Part shown: positions 1 to 15,651 of the stretch, one piece after another
Layout: the number at the start of each line of letters is the position of its first letter
Numbering within the stretch: position 1 is the first letter of the stretch
From: Marsupella aquatica
Taxonomy: Eukaryota; Plantae; Marchantiophyta
Length of the DNA stretch: 64,000 nt
Assembly: GCA_973895155.1 (NCBI GenBank)
Contig: OZ316895.1
Coordinates: forward strand, 20,970,803 to 21,034,802
Direction: 5' to 3'
Translations under genes and position numbers: made by a program
The notes under the pieces: model-generated
What the model saw: the letters and a program-made list of their open reading frames with translations, nothing else
Database searches by the model: none
What the model was told of the DNA's origin: nothing

Positions 1-1836
1 GAGCCTATCGATAAGGTGGTGTTGAGTAAAGCTTGCTCGCTTATTCCTTTCTCCTAGCCCACCACCGGTAAGGCTTCAGGCAAAATTCATTCCAAGTGTA
101 CTAGCTTCTGGGGCGGGGACAATTCCATGTAGACCCTTAACTTGGCACAAAGTTTAGGGATTTTGTCATCGAGTACGTGACAAAATCTCGGATGCAATCT
201 AGGGCGCTCGTGAGCATTGTGCAGCTGAATCTTGGTGTTCGAATATGTAGAAGATATTCTTGTCTATGGTTTTGGTCTGAGGTAGAGAGCAGTGGACCAA
301 GGCCAACAATGGCCCTGTAGGGTGACCTCCAGTCCCCGATTACAGAATCCTGCTACTCGTTCGGTTCCTCCTCTCCATAATTGAAAATGTGACTTCTCGC
401 AGATGATCTCAAGCTCCTTCCAACAAATGGCTGATGCAATTTATCATTTCTAGCTTTGCGAGGGAGGTTATCTGAAGAAGAGCCATCACGCTTGTATAAT
501 CTGCAGCCTGTGGAACCTGGTTATGTCCAGCATTCAACTGTAATATAAATCCACAGGCCTTCTCAGTGCCACGAATTTATTTGTGTGATAGCAGTGACGA
601 AACTAATCTTTTCCGGATTGTGGTTTTCACTGGTTCTCGGGAATCGAGTAACTGTGCGACGGTTTTTATCTGCTGCTTTGGACATGATAATTTCAGAGTC
701 ACATGTTGCAGTAAGGATCTACAGTATTAGATTCTGGAATGGTTAATCTGATTTGTTAAGCTGCATTAGTGGGGAGGTTTAGGGTTTAGGGATCTTCCTC
801 CTGTTATATACTGTCACGAAGGGGTTTGTTGGAGATATCGCAAGGATTGCAGCTTTGTATGCACATGTGCAACAGAATGGTTAAGTTAACATGGGACATG
901 GAGTGTTAAGAAATGCCCAGTCTGCAGTTTTGTCAGGGATTTCAACGGTTTACAAGTGAATGGAAGTTCTTTCAAAAGCTTGAAGACGGGAAGACGGTGA
1001 TTGAGAATAAACCCATCTTAAAGGGGTGCTATGTTCTTTGGAATGTGCATGTTATGTTAGTAGTACAAGAATGTTCATAATTTGCTTCACCAAATGCACC
1101 CTGATGTCTTCTGCCATTGTATCATCGCATAATATGGTCTTCTCTGAGTTCATTGACACTCATGTTTGCTACAGCAAATCAGAGAAGGACCAATTCTATA
1201 ACCAGACGGGGCCTTTGCAACGATCTGATTTTGTCTTATGGTCTGCCAACTGGAGGAAAGCTCTAGGAAAGCTCTCGCTTCCTGTTGGACTTAATCACAA
1301 TCAACCGTAGATATGGGTAATGTAAGTAATCGTTACAGCAGGAGTTTATAGCCAATTCGAGAGTTTCCAACCACAGTACTGCCTCACTGACAAAGTGAAG
1401 GGGAACTAATGATATCGTAGATGTACGACTTTTCTGAGTCCCGAAGCTGTGGTTCTCTTATCAACTGGGTACCTAAGTACTGAAGTGTGCCATACAACAC
1501 CACCACGAAATTATGATGCACTTGGTCGGGAGAAGATAATGCATCAGAACACTTCGATGACTGAATGTGGACATCCTTAGTATCTCGCTTACATTCCGTG
1601 GAGTAATCATGTTGAAGAGTTCCAATACAAAGGAACCAAACTCGCCAAGTTTGCCAAAAACGTCCCTAATAGATCCAGTGAAATGGTATCTTTACCCCCA
1701 CTACCATTTTCGTTGCCTGGTCTAAAACATGATTTCTCTCCAAGCGGATTAATTGAAAATATCCACATTAGCATCTGGATAATTTAGATCGATCAATGGA
1801 TGAAGAAATGTCTCACTTACACTGGTTTAGTCGTAT

Positions 1837-3934
<2,098 letters not shown>

Positions 3935-4779
3935 CTAAATTGCGCGTATTGTCTAAATTTTTGAGAACCTATCCGACTGATTGCCATCATTCTCAATCTT
4001 CTACAAGTTCAACCACTTCCTACTGACTTTCAATTGAGCCCATTTGCCCTGGATTTCTATGCACTCTTCTCATGCTCAATCAAAAGCTCCATAGAAGATC
4101 TTGGATTGCATACGACTTGAATGTTTTGAGATGTTGTCTTCAAATTTATCATTTGCTCAATGCCCTAATTTCAATCTAAGTCAAAAGTAATGCTAGGATG
4201 GACCACTCGCATGAACCTTGCAACCCGGATGGACCAGGATACTATTGGCCAGAGAGTATGGATTGTTTCACAAAGAAAAAGTGCCATCTGAGTACAAAAA
4301 CCAGTTTTTCTGCTGTCCATGTACTTTTAGGTTGTGCTGGTCCATCCAGGCATTTTGTCTCACATTTAGGTCCATGGGGAAGTTCATCTAATCACATGGT
4401 TTTGTTGTCAATATTTTAGATTCAACACCATGTACTTGACAATTCAATAGCCATGGCAAGTGCTCTATTTGGGATGTTTGGAGATGTGCAGGAGGATATC
4501 TCCATGAATTATCATGTGTTGACTGATTCTACCTCTTCTCATTTCCAGTGTAAACTCTAAAGCCTAAATTTTCTCCAGTGTTTTCTCCAGTGTAAACTCT
4601 AAACCCTAAATCCCCACTGCAACCTTTGTTTTGCTTTTGATGACAATATTCAAAGTAACCCTTATTCTTGTACCTCGAGTAGGACCTGTTCTCTTTCAGG
4701 TGAACAAGTATGGAAGTGAGCCCAACACTTTCTTACTTGAAGTTGATGCTTGGAAGAGAATTGATAGATCGTTAGCCTT

Positions 4780-5100
4780 TTTTTCTTTGCCTTGAAAACC
4801 AAAAACAGGCCCATCCAACCTGCTTTGGGATCTTTTTTGCCTTGAAAACCTAAAGCAGGCCCATCCAATCTGCTTTGGGATCTTTTTTGCCTTGAAAACC
4901 AAAAGCAGGCCCATCCAACCGAAAATAGACATCTTTTTTTCTTTGCCTTGAAAACCGAAAGCAGGCCCATCCAACAGAAGATAGACGTCCTGCTTTGGGA
5001 TCTTTTTTGCCTTGAAAACTGAAAGCAGGCCCAGATCTTTTTTGCCTTGAAAACTGAAAGCAGGCCCATCCAACCGAAGATAGACATCCTGCTTTGGGAT
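4780..5100. repeat. Degenerate tandem repeat of ~50-60 bp (ttgccttgaaaacc..aagcaggcccatccaac), about 6 units
   Basis: Motif repeats visibly. The reverse complement of the same motif occurs near 22500-22830 and 38985-39020. Confidence 0.8.
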
Positions 5101-6271
5101 GGTTAGCCTTTTGGTAGGTCTAAGAATATCAAAGGTGTGTCCTACATATATAAGCTTTAATATTGTTGGTGCAATCCTTTGTGGGTACAGAAGTTCTAGC
5201 ATTTAGTTAGTGGTTGTTGAAAAATGTTAACATTTTGATTTGTTATTATGGAGGCCTCCTTGTTGGGAGGACAAGGACATGACAAGAAGAATGTCATATC
5301 TTGACAAGGACATGACAAGAAGAATGTCATATCTTTATTGATTTGATTTGTTGTTCTGGAAGCGTTCTTGCTAAAGAAAAGGACAGACACAACAAGATAT
5401 GCTGAGCTGAAAGTATTGGAGAGGACAAGGACAGGGACACAAGAAGAGACATGTTATCGTTTTGATTTGTTGTGCTGAAAGTTTTCTTGCTACGGAGGGA
5501 GAGGGAAGGGCGCAAAAACTCTAGTGTGCAAACTGGAGTTGGTGGCAACGTGACTCAACAGAGTGAGTCAGTGTATCGTTGAAGCTGCAAGCATTTTTCA
5601 GGTCATTTTCGATTGCTTAACCTTTACGCAGCAAGTATTAAGGGGTGCAAAGCAACTCGATATCAATTCAAGCAAAATCGTATCAAAATTCGTGAGTCAT
5701 GTGAAAGGTTCAAAGCTTCAAGCATTGTCGTGCTAATTTAGATTGTTCAAGTATCGAGCATTTTCATGACAGGAACATTTTTAGAAGACGCAAAACAACT
5801 AGGTGAAGTTGAGGTGAAGTTGAGCCCTAGCAGCTCAAGGAGTGGAACAGTAGTTTTCTCTGAGACGAAAACACTCGAGAAAATTCGAAGTGACACGTAT
5901 GTAACTCGCACAAGACAAAGCTAGGATCGTTATTCTAGGTTGACTAACTACTTGGCTATGTCTTCCAAAATCATCGTCTTGTCTGGACAGAGATAAATAA
6001 AGGAGAACTACAAACGTGGACGAAAATTCAGCAGAGGCATTTTCAGATTGCACAAAGGTGTCATACACAGTTATATTCATCTCCTGCCAAAATGAAAGTA
6101 AGTCAAAAAGTATTTTAGAAAGGCTACATCCTCCACACTTCTGGTCCACTTCCCACACCAATCAAAAACACATTCGTTCATCATCTTCGCATTTCTGTTT
6201 GCGGGCAAAACCTTCCTCTGCTTTACCTGCAAGGTTCAAATTGAACATGTGGTCGAATTGTCCTCAACGCA

Positions 6272-6517
6272 CCCAACACATTTTGTGTCAACAATCAAAC
6301 GATTCGGCAAACAGTTTCTTTCCCAAAGTCTAGCCCGGTATCATCTAATTAGATATCAAGACTGATAAATGACCTAATACCAGCACGCACGCGCCCAACA
6401 CATTTTGTGTCAACAATCAAACGATTCGGCAAACAGTTTCTTTCCCAAAGTCTAGCCCGGTATCATCTAATTAGATATCAAGACTGATAAATGACCTAAT
6501 ACCAGCACGCACGCGCC
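6272..6517. repeat. Perfect 122-bp tandem duplication
   Basis: cccaacacattttgtgtc...gcacgcacgcg starts at 6272 and again at 6394. Confidence 0.92.
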
Positions 6518-7124
6518 CACCCATACACTGAAGTTATGAACTTTTCTTGCACGTATAGCACCCACTCCGACTAGAAAACCATGAGAGAAATATTTAAATA
6601 AGAAAGCACAGCTAACCGTTTCAGGCTTACATCCCCAAAAGCAAAAAAACTGAGTGAAAACTCCCTCAGGATTCAGCTCTTTATTTAGTCCGTATTTAAA
6701 GCTCGAAAACTTAAGTCTCAAATTTACTACATAAGCTTCATGTCCACAGCGAAAAGAAAAGTATCGAAGTCCATCTTCGCTATTAATCTAAAAGGACAGT
6801 CAAAGTGCGCACATATCGTCACCCATAGACACTACCAAGGATTGAAACAACTGAACTCCACCAATCTGCCGAATCTGAAAAACCGAACCATACCAGAAGT
6901 GCCCTATCTGTCTGTGAAGCACCCTCAGATGTGAATTGGTAAAGTCCTCACACGCTACTTCCACCTTAACCGAGCTATTTCCTCTCCATTCAAGTCATTT
7001 TATTATCTGCTATTCCCCAGTAATCTTCCACCAACTTCTAATCTGGATACACACAACTCGTCTCTCTCAATCTCGCCGACCATTTAATAAAAGTCATGAC
7101 AACTGCTCATACCAACCGCCGACA

Positions 7125-10100
7125 TCAATAGCGACGCCCATTCCCTGCACCAACTCGGTTGTCATAGCGGAAGGCCCCCGCGTTGTAACCCCTCCCATAC
7201 TGTGATGTCATGGCTACAGCTGCGGGTACTGGGAAATAATCATTATATGATGTCCGATGGTTGAACTGAGAACCTTGTGCGGAGGTTCTATTAGATGACT
7301 GACCGACAACCCCTGGCTGACTTGCTTGCCTGAACACAAACGGAGATTACCATCTTCAGCATTTCGCTTTCCTGATTACAACCGTCCATACAAGACGAAG
7401 CTTCAAAGGAGTACAAACTCACCTGCTGGCAATACTTGGCGCAGAAGCCTTCGCGGACAAAAGGGCAGAATCAACCCGAGGTGCAAGTAGCACTGCCACA
7501 GCTGCAGAATAGAACAGCCATTTGCTGATTAGTAACCGACGATAAGCCTAACTCCCGAAGGCCGACTCATAAGTGTAGATTCATATGGAAAGAATTAGCT
7601 GGATAGAAACGCCCCGTCATCATACAGCCAAAAGTAACTTAATGCGTGATTGAAATGGGATTCACTGACCTTGTGGGCTGACCATGGGCCGATAGCGAGC
7701 CTGCCTCACGTTACTTCCAATGTATGTAGATGAAGTCACTTCCTGCACGTATGTATGATCGTCAAAGTCGATGATATAAGCCACACTCCACGAACGCAAC
7801 AACACCACTAAGACAAATAAGGAAATTACAACCAGACGTGAAGGCTCACCGGAGATGCAGCAGCCTTCAGCCCGTTGGGTTTGACATACGGCCCATTCAA
7901 CTTTTCTGAAGTAGGGAGCACACTGTCCAGAAACGAGTCCCCATCCCTCTGCTCGTGTATTTCTCTCTCCGGAAAAGCTTTAAGATCTGGCACTGCATTA
8001 TCACACCAAACGTCTTGACGTTAGCCTCCAGACAATGTCATGACAATGGAGGTTCTAGCACCAACCTAAAAACCAAGCATCAACTGCTATGCTCGTGCTT
8101 ACCACCAGGTATGAAAGTATTCTGCTGCACAGGCTCTCTTCGCAACGAGATAGAGGGTGGAATAGGTATTCCAGCCTGTACACGACAAACAAATCCGATA
8201 GAGCGTTAAAAAAGTTCTTGGATACAGAACTCTTCAATCAGATTCCGAGACTCAAGAGGAAGCCACTCTCCAAACAGGTCCGTCAGCAACAAACCTGGAA
8301 AAAAGGATGCGCTAAAGCCTGCGATGCGGTCGGCCTCTTGTTAGGATCCCATGAACACAAGGCCTGTAGAACAACAAACCCAGTACTTCTCTTGTTAGGA
8401 CCCCATGAACACAAGGCCTGTAGAAACAAACACAGAACTTGTGGACTAATCTCTAGAAACACTGATCGCACACGCCGAACTCTTATATAAACTTACGAAC
8501 AACAATGGAGCGGATGGGTAAGGAATAACGCAGGAGTAAAGAAAATTGAATCGTGACTAACCGACATCAAGTCGATAGCTTCTGGACTTGCTGTAGGTAT
8601 CAACACCGAAAGATGTGTGGAAGGGAACTGCAAGAGTATAAAAGACATGTCACACAAGATTCACTTCAAAAGAAACACTACACCCAATCCTAGCTTAATC
8701 ATGATACTTCTGATTCTAGAACTGATCAAATGAAATCCACGAGCTCACAAGCAGGCGTATATAAAGAACCCAGCCATAATGTATCCGCGTTCTAATGTAA
8801 ATAGAACCCCACCTGAGGAAAGCGGAAATTCATAGATGCTGCAAGCTTCAAACCATCAGACCAGTTGGTAACGTTTGGGGTGCCAATAACTGCGCAAATC
8901 TTGTATAGTTCATCTGCCTCACTGCAGCCCAAGCAGGAACAACAATTCAAAAACATCAACCTCAGAACAAATTGAACGACATGAGATAATCTCGCATGTA
9001 CACCGCCTCAACGTTCAAAAGGATTCCAGCCACAGGTATGTCGTCGTTGTAATGTAAAAGTGAAAGGCAACTGCCCTACCTTGCGCCTGGAAATAAAGGC
9101 CGCAGGGTGAACAGTTCAGCCATGATTGCTCCCATCGCCCACATGTCTGTTGCAAAGTAATTCCACACATCATAACCAAAACAAAACATGCGAATAATAC
9201 ATGTGATTCCTTGGAAAACCCTATTTTCGGTTAAGAAAAATAACAGGAGACCAGGGCAGCTTGAATTGAACATCAGTCCTCCAGGGCAAATGATTTCCAC
9301 TTACCGATTGCAGCGTTGTAGCAAGATGATTGCAGCAACACTTCTGGTGCACGATACCTTTCACAACCAAACGAGAATTGGTCAAGAGGCCTCCCACATT
9401 TGACTCTACTTATCTTAACATTAACTGCGTCACTCTTGCACAAATCGAGCAACACTGCCGTCAATCCAAGAACGATGACTCTTTCGCATATCTGAACGTA
9501 CCATCTTGTTGACACGTAGTCTGTGTACGGCGGACGAGAGCGAACTTCTCTAGCAAGACCAAAATCTGCAACTTTGATTACCTCCTTCGTTACCAACAAG
9601 TTCTCTGCCATAGACAAGCGGGTCAGCACTTGATGTAAGAGTGAAAGCTATTCGGAGAGTCGGAAATTTAGACTGGCCCAGACATACTACTATCATAATG
9701 GGTCACAAGAATAAGAATGCAAGCTCACCTGGTTTCAAGTCCCGATGAAAGTATCCATAACGGTGCATGTAAGCCAGAGCCTGCAACACCTGGTAGCACC
9801 AGTTTCGTACTTTCGCTTCTGGAAAAAGTTTGTCTTTGTCTTTCATCATTTGGTAGAGATTGTACTCCTGTAGCATACATAAACACCGACGCTTTAACAG
9901 TGAGATGGCCTGGTCATGCAATCGACGGGCCATGCAAGTCATCTTTACAACTTGCAAATGGTGCGAACTTAACCTTCAACTTCCGCAATTAATCAATACA
10001 GCACTCCAAAGGGAAGAATGACGATCTGAGCAATCTACAGCCGAACTTCTTTCGAAAGGACATTCAATCTTCACGGGTAAGAACAGTCACATGCCACTAA

Positions 10101-11039
10101 GAACCTCTGACAAATTATATACACACTTCGACTCTTGGGAGACCTTGATGGGTGAGGGGAGGGCGAGTTGCTGGCAAAAAACGTATGATCTGGACGGCAA
10201 TACCTTAGTTAAAACGCTTACAGAGGGAAGAACATTCGGAGGTAACGGGTTACTCACCATGTACTCAAATACAAAGTAGAGCTCATCGTTCTCTCGTATG
10301 ACCTCTTTCAACTTCACAATGTTGGGGTGATTCAACTTGCGGAGAGACTGCAAAAATGAAACAATCTTGAGTGTACAGCATTACCACATGCCTTACAATT
10401 ACTGTAATCGTTCATGTGATTGCACCCTATTCGAGGGTGAACCCTTCATCCTCATCTCAAAGAAAGCAAGATTTGTTAGCCGATGTACCTTCACTTCACG
10501 CAGGTTCATACATTCGTCCCATGAATAGAACTTCCTTTTCATCTTCTTGATAGCCACCTGCCAGAGGAATACATGTATCATTATCATTAGCATCAGGAAT
10601 AAACGTCTATCTACATAATCAACATCCTCGTGATGTTGTGAAAGAATGCGCCATTAACAGGTTCAAGAGCAAAGTCCAATCAGACTCGAAAGGGGGCGGA
10701 TTTTCTCACAACTTCGTTCGTCTGTCGATTCACAGCCTTCCAAACACTGCCATATGTGCCATCTCCCAACTGCTTCGTCACCTTATAGCTGCTCGTGGAA
10801 CCATAAACAGAAGTTAGAATCGAAGCACTCCCCACCCTTTCCACGATAGAAGACTCTAAACTATATGAGGGATACATAGAGCACCAAAATAAAGCACTCC
10901 CATATTGAACAGCCTTCATGCAAGGTTGCGCGTATTGAAAACAAACAGTTCAATTTGACAATCTTGCATATCCGGAAAGAAACCTCACAATCGGACAGTT
11001 GATTCTCGGTAAATAAAGCACCGAAACTTACCGTTCCAT
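7125..11039 (-). CDS. MAK/MHK-type (CDKF;4-like) Ser/Thr kinase, about 16 coding exons
   Basis: An 8-nt first coding exon (11032..11039, ATG GAA CG|gtaag) joins exon 10710..10788 to give [19 protein letters not shown]. Later motifs: [39 protein letters not shown] junctions were traced to the last exon 7125..7329. Confidence 0.93.
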
Positions 11040-11068
11040 TGTCGTCTATATGTAGGATTGAATAGCCG

Positions 11069-11269
11069 TTAACAAGTTGAACCTTTCTTAGTACGAAGGG
11101 AATGATCCACGATGAGCGCAAAATGTTCTAAACTGAGACATTCCCTCCAACTCCGAGCCTCGAAAAAATGCATGCCTTCAGAAGTGTCTCCTACTGGTAA
11201 AACAACGGGATCCACTCGGAATTCCTGTAAAGGAGCAGCCATTAACCTCCAGAATGAGGTTGTCCACAT
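11069..11269 (-). promoter_or_regulatory. 66-aa upstream ORF ending about 30 nt before the kinase ATG
   Basis: ATG at 11269 to TAA at 11069, in the same presumed exon as the kinase start codon. Confidence 0.55.
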
Positions 11270-13317
11270 TAAGTTGTTGTTGTCACTAGATTGTTCTTCA
11301 AAGCAGCGGAGGAGATCACCGCTGCGCGGCACAGTCCCTCATCCACTAATTCCTGCTAAATCCGCCCTGTCCTCCACTGCTATATTCGTTGCAGTGGCCT
11401 TCAAAGGGAGCCATGGAGGAGGCTGGAGAGCCACCGTCTCAATCATCTGCAACATCACTCCTGCCCGTAGACACAGGAGCCCAAACTTATACTGAACGAG
11501 CCCTCCAACTGCATGCCGAACGACACCACAGGAACGGAAACACAATTACCACGACAGAGAATAACGAACAAGTCCGGCAAATCCAAGCACACCAAGAAGC
11601 TGAAGCAAATCCAAACGTGCGACACTATCGTGAACCATCGTAAGACGAATCGAGCAACGGCCAGAAAAGTAGGGCGGGCTATCCTCACACTAACACACCG
11701 GAAGCAAGGTGCCACGGTGATGCGCAAAACAATGATACCGCACGGAATGAACACGCTAATCAAGTCATATTCCACTGAAAGAGAGAAAGAACTCTCCGCA
11801 TCGCTAAGGATGCACGGATCTGAGGCAGAATTGTCCAGCGACTAGAGTCGCGCTCAAGTGCACGGAGACGAAATAAAAACCGAAAACAAATAGGTGTGCT
11901 AAATGAGAAACATGAGGAGAATCAATTATGTATGCTCTACATGTGAAGATCTCTTGCACACAACAGCGAAGAGAAGATGACGAGAGGATCATCAACCCGC
12001 TGCCCTGCAACAAATAGAAACAGTACTCAAGAGAGAACTGCAAGAACCACTCGACAATCATCGTCCAACTATTACCCTAATAATCTTCCCCTGAGGGCAT
12101 AATCTTTCATGGAGGAGGCGCACCTTCTCAGAAGAGAAGTGGCCCGAATCGACGACGACGTCCAGTTCGAGCAGCTACGCGATGCCCACCGGACTGCCAC
12201 ACCGATGATGATCTGTTCGGAAAGCAATTGGTGCGATCTCTCTGTTTGATGCTCAGAACGGCGACTTCAACATGCGTTCTTGCGGCGTCAAGTCAATCGA
12301 TTCCGTCTGCTTCCAATCGTATTAGTCGTCCAACAAATATGCCTCGCAGAACGGACCTTGATTTTGCTTGTCACACAAAACGGCGAGCAACTTCTTCCGG
12401 TCGCAAAGATCCAACCGAGCGATTCAACGCTGTGCTCCTGTTGGATGATGAAGTTAGATCCCTAGAAACACCTTCAACCAACTGTTCCTTCTACGCAAAT
12501 CGAAGATCTACCCCCTTCCCCACTCCAGGAAAGAGGAAGCCGTCCCGGAAACCGATGAAATCAAGATTCTCGCGTGTAGTAACCCCACGGTTATGCCCCG
12601 ATCTCCAAAAATCACCCACACACCCCTAGCCCTACGGATTATTATTGTAATGTTCCACAACCCCTCCTAGTAAGAACAGAAGCACACGCAAAGCCTGCAA
12701 GCCACCATAACGTGGCCCAACCACCACCCGACCAGTCGCGGGAGGAGAAGAAAGCCTTCCTTCCCTTCAACGCAAGAAAGCTTCCCACAAACCTACACCA
12801 AGCTCTACGACGACCAGTCTACAACACCAACATCGCCGGCAGCGATGCCACGCTCGGCACGTTTATCCGTCCATCTCCCTCTCCTCTCCTCGCCTCGCTA
12901 TCTCGTTTCGCAACCTCACCACCTTCTGCTCCGCTCTTGCGCTCCTTGCGCTGCTGCTGCTGCTGCTCACGCTCTCCACAACGACCGATAACAATGAGCG
13001 ACGCGGAGGAAGCAAACCTTCGTTTCATCCATCATCAAGCTCCCCGTCTCTCCGTCCGCAAAAGGTGAACACATTCGTCTCTTCTCTTCTCGTCTCTTAC
13101 TCTTCCTCTTCTCTTTCTGTGGGCATTAAATTACGTCGTAAATTATTATCCTCTTCCCCTCCTCCTTCCTCCCTGCCAACCAGCCCCCTTCCCCCCACCC
13201 ACCGCTACCCCTCCTGCCCTGCCCTGCCCTTCTAGCACCATCCCACCCGCACCACCTCATCACCCTCTCTCATCTGGTCTCCTCTAGTCAATAATACTAA
13301 CTACAGTAACTACATTA

Positions 13318-14866
13318 GGGCGTCTCAAATATGTGCATTTCGCAAGTGGGACCACACTCAAGAGTGCCCCGGGTCGGGTCAATGGTCTTCACTGGTCATC
13401 ATTCATTGCCCGACCAGTCACCCCCAGGATTTAGTGACTCATAAATCATGCGGACTACCTTGCAACTCTGTGCTTTGTCCCCAAAGGTCGAGGGTCAAGC
13501 TTACAAGTGTTTGATGAGAGCGCCGTGACCCCACTCAATCTTGGACTACCCCCGAAAAAATGGTCTGGGTGTACCCACTTTCCGTGCACCCGAGGGTTTC
13601 ATGGGCTGCCCGTGAGATCATTTTTGCTTCATATTTGAGACGCCCTAGTAGTAGCGTGTCTAAATGAAAGCTCTTGGGAAGACGCAGCCCCAGGTTTGTG
13701 CTTCTTCATATATCCATGGATATAGTAGAGCGTCTCAAATACATACATTTTTCTGCTTTGATTGTGCCCTGGCGTGTTGTGATTGGGATCACAATCATGA
13801 CTAGTCGAGCACCGATTGTGAGGACCTACCAGTCATGCCTGGGACCGCAAAAGACCCCAATTTTACAGTAATCACAATAGCATTCAATGTGTCGTGAGGC
13901 CACTCAATTTTCCGTACCCGAAATTGCCCGTTTGTACCATGTTGTTGTGCTCCCGACTGCCTTGCAGGCCTCCCGTGAGGTGCCAGTTTTTTTTTATGAG
14001 ACGCCCTAGAAGGGCATCTCAAATATTGAAAAGAGAACACACCTCATGAGCCTCTTGTGATGCACTCGGGCGCACCAAAACTGGGTATATTAGCTGGCCA
14101 GTGATATTTTGGGGCTCTCAAGTTTGAGAAGGGTCGTGACTGTGTGCAAATTACAAGGTGAGGCAATGAACACACTGAGATTGGGTCCTCTCCTTGTAGC
14201 AGTTGGCCCTCAATTTCAGTCATGACTCCCGGGCATGATTGGTTGAGCCTCATATTTGATGCCCGACCAGTCGTTCCCGTTGCCATGGGTCATAACACTC
14301 CCAGACAAGGTATTTGAGATGCCCTACTAGGGTGTCTCAAATATTGATTAAAACACCTCATGGGCGGCCCACGATTTGAATTGATGCGGTTGGGCGCGCC
14401 TGAACTAGTTGCAGCTGCCCGTGATCTTTTTGGGCAATCACAGGGGTCGTGGCATTGTGTGTGAATGACAACCTGAGGTGGTGACTACTCTCCACTCGGG
14501 TGCTCTTCCTTGTAGCAGTTAGGCCCTCTGTTTTGGTCAAGACTCTTGCGTGTGACGGGTCGGGCCTCACATTCGGTGCCTAACCAGTCATTTCCACTGC
14601 CCCGGGCTGCAACACTCCTGGGCGTGGTCGCACTTGAAGATTGACCGTGTTTGATACGCCCTACTACTGTATCTGTATCTCATAGGGGGTCTCAATAATG
14701 CGTCTCAGACCTTTGAGCTTTGCCTTCAGTAGTGGTCAAGGTAGTTTTCGGGGAGCTAAAGTGGCAGACACAAAAAATCTTGTCTGCATAATTGTGACAT
14801 ACGCAGACCAAAACTAATTATTTGGGGCTAGGGATCTTTTTGCAGACCTAAAGGTTTGAGATACCC
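13318..14866. mobile_element. Cluster of abutting MITE-like elements with GGGYRTCTCAAA TIRs: 13318-13645, 13728-14006, 14012-14324, 14330-14661 and ~14698-14866
   Basis: Terminal inverted repeats gggcgtctcaaatatg...catatttgagacgccc, mostly flanked by TA. Units 3 and 4 are visibly homologous internally. No ORF. Confidence 0.78.
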
Positions 14867-14920
14867 TAGTATAGACCCATTTTGCTCTTTGTTGGAATTT
14901 TACCAATGTTCGTAACCTGG

Positions 14921-15651
14921 CCCATGGGTGAGTTTGATTGGTGTCAACTTTATGAGTTCATCTTTTTGATCCTATAATAGCTGGGATTGTTAAGGGAACT
15001 GGCCATTTGAAAATGGTAAAATTTTGCAACACAAGTGTGCGGGCTAGGCTCAAGGAGTGTTGCGTTCCCATGGGTGAGTTTGATTGGTGTCAACTTTATG
15101 AGTTTATCTTTTTGATCCTATAATAGCAAGGACCATTAAGGGAACTGGCCATTTGGAAACGGTAAAATTTTGCAACACAAGTGTGCGAGCTAGGCTCAAG
15201 GAGTGTCGCATTCCCATGGGTGAGTTTGATTGATGTCAACTTTATGAGTTAATCTTTTTGATCCTATAATAGCTAGGACCGTTAAGGGAACTGGCCATTT
15301 GGAAACGGTAAAATTTGGCAACACAAGTGTGCCGGCTAGGCTCAAGGAGTGTCGTGTTCCCATGGGTGAGTTTGATTGGTGTCAACTTTATGAGTTCATC
15401 CTTTTGATCTTATAATAGCTAGGACCGTTAAGGGAACTGGCCATTTGGAAACAGTAAAATTTTGCAACACAAGTGTGCGGGCTAGGCTCAAGGCGTGTCG
15501 CGTCCCCATGGGTGAGTTTGATTGGTGTCAACTTTATGAGTTCATCTGTTTGATCCTATAACAGCTAGGACCGTTAAGGGAACTGGCCATTTGGAAACAA
15601 TAAAATTTTGCAACACAAGTGTGCGAGCTAGGCTCAAGGAGTGTCGCATTC
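14921..15651. repeat. 146-bp tandem repeat, 5 copies
   Basis: cccatgggtgagtttgattg starts at 14921, 15067, 15213, 15359 and 15505. Confidence 0.95.

Noticed and set aside
1-1000. Possible decayed LINE ORF1 on the minus strand and a TTTAGGG doublet near 778-790
   Set aside because: Multiple stops and only vague similarity. Two telomere units are too few to call an interstitial telomere.
4662-5202. ORFs of 141 and 168 aa
   Set aside because: They are translations of a tandem repeat with no protein motif.
13318-15651. CRISPR-like or integron-like array (palindromic junctions with spacers; 146-bp repeats)
   Set aside because: The spacers are ~300 bp and homologous to each other, no cas or integrase gene is present, and the context is eukaryotic. 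Adjacent TIRs and a satellite explain it better.
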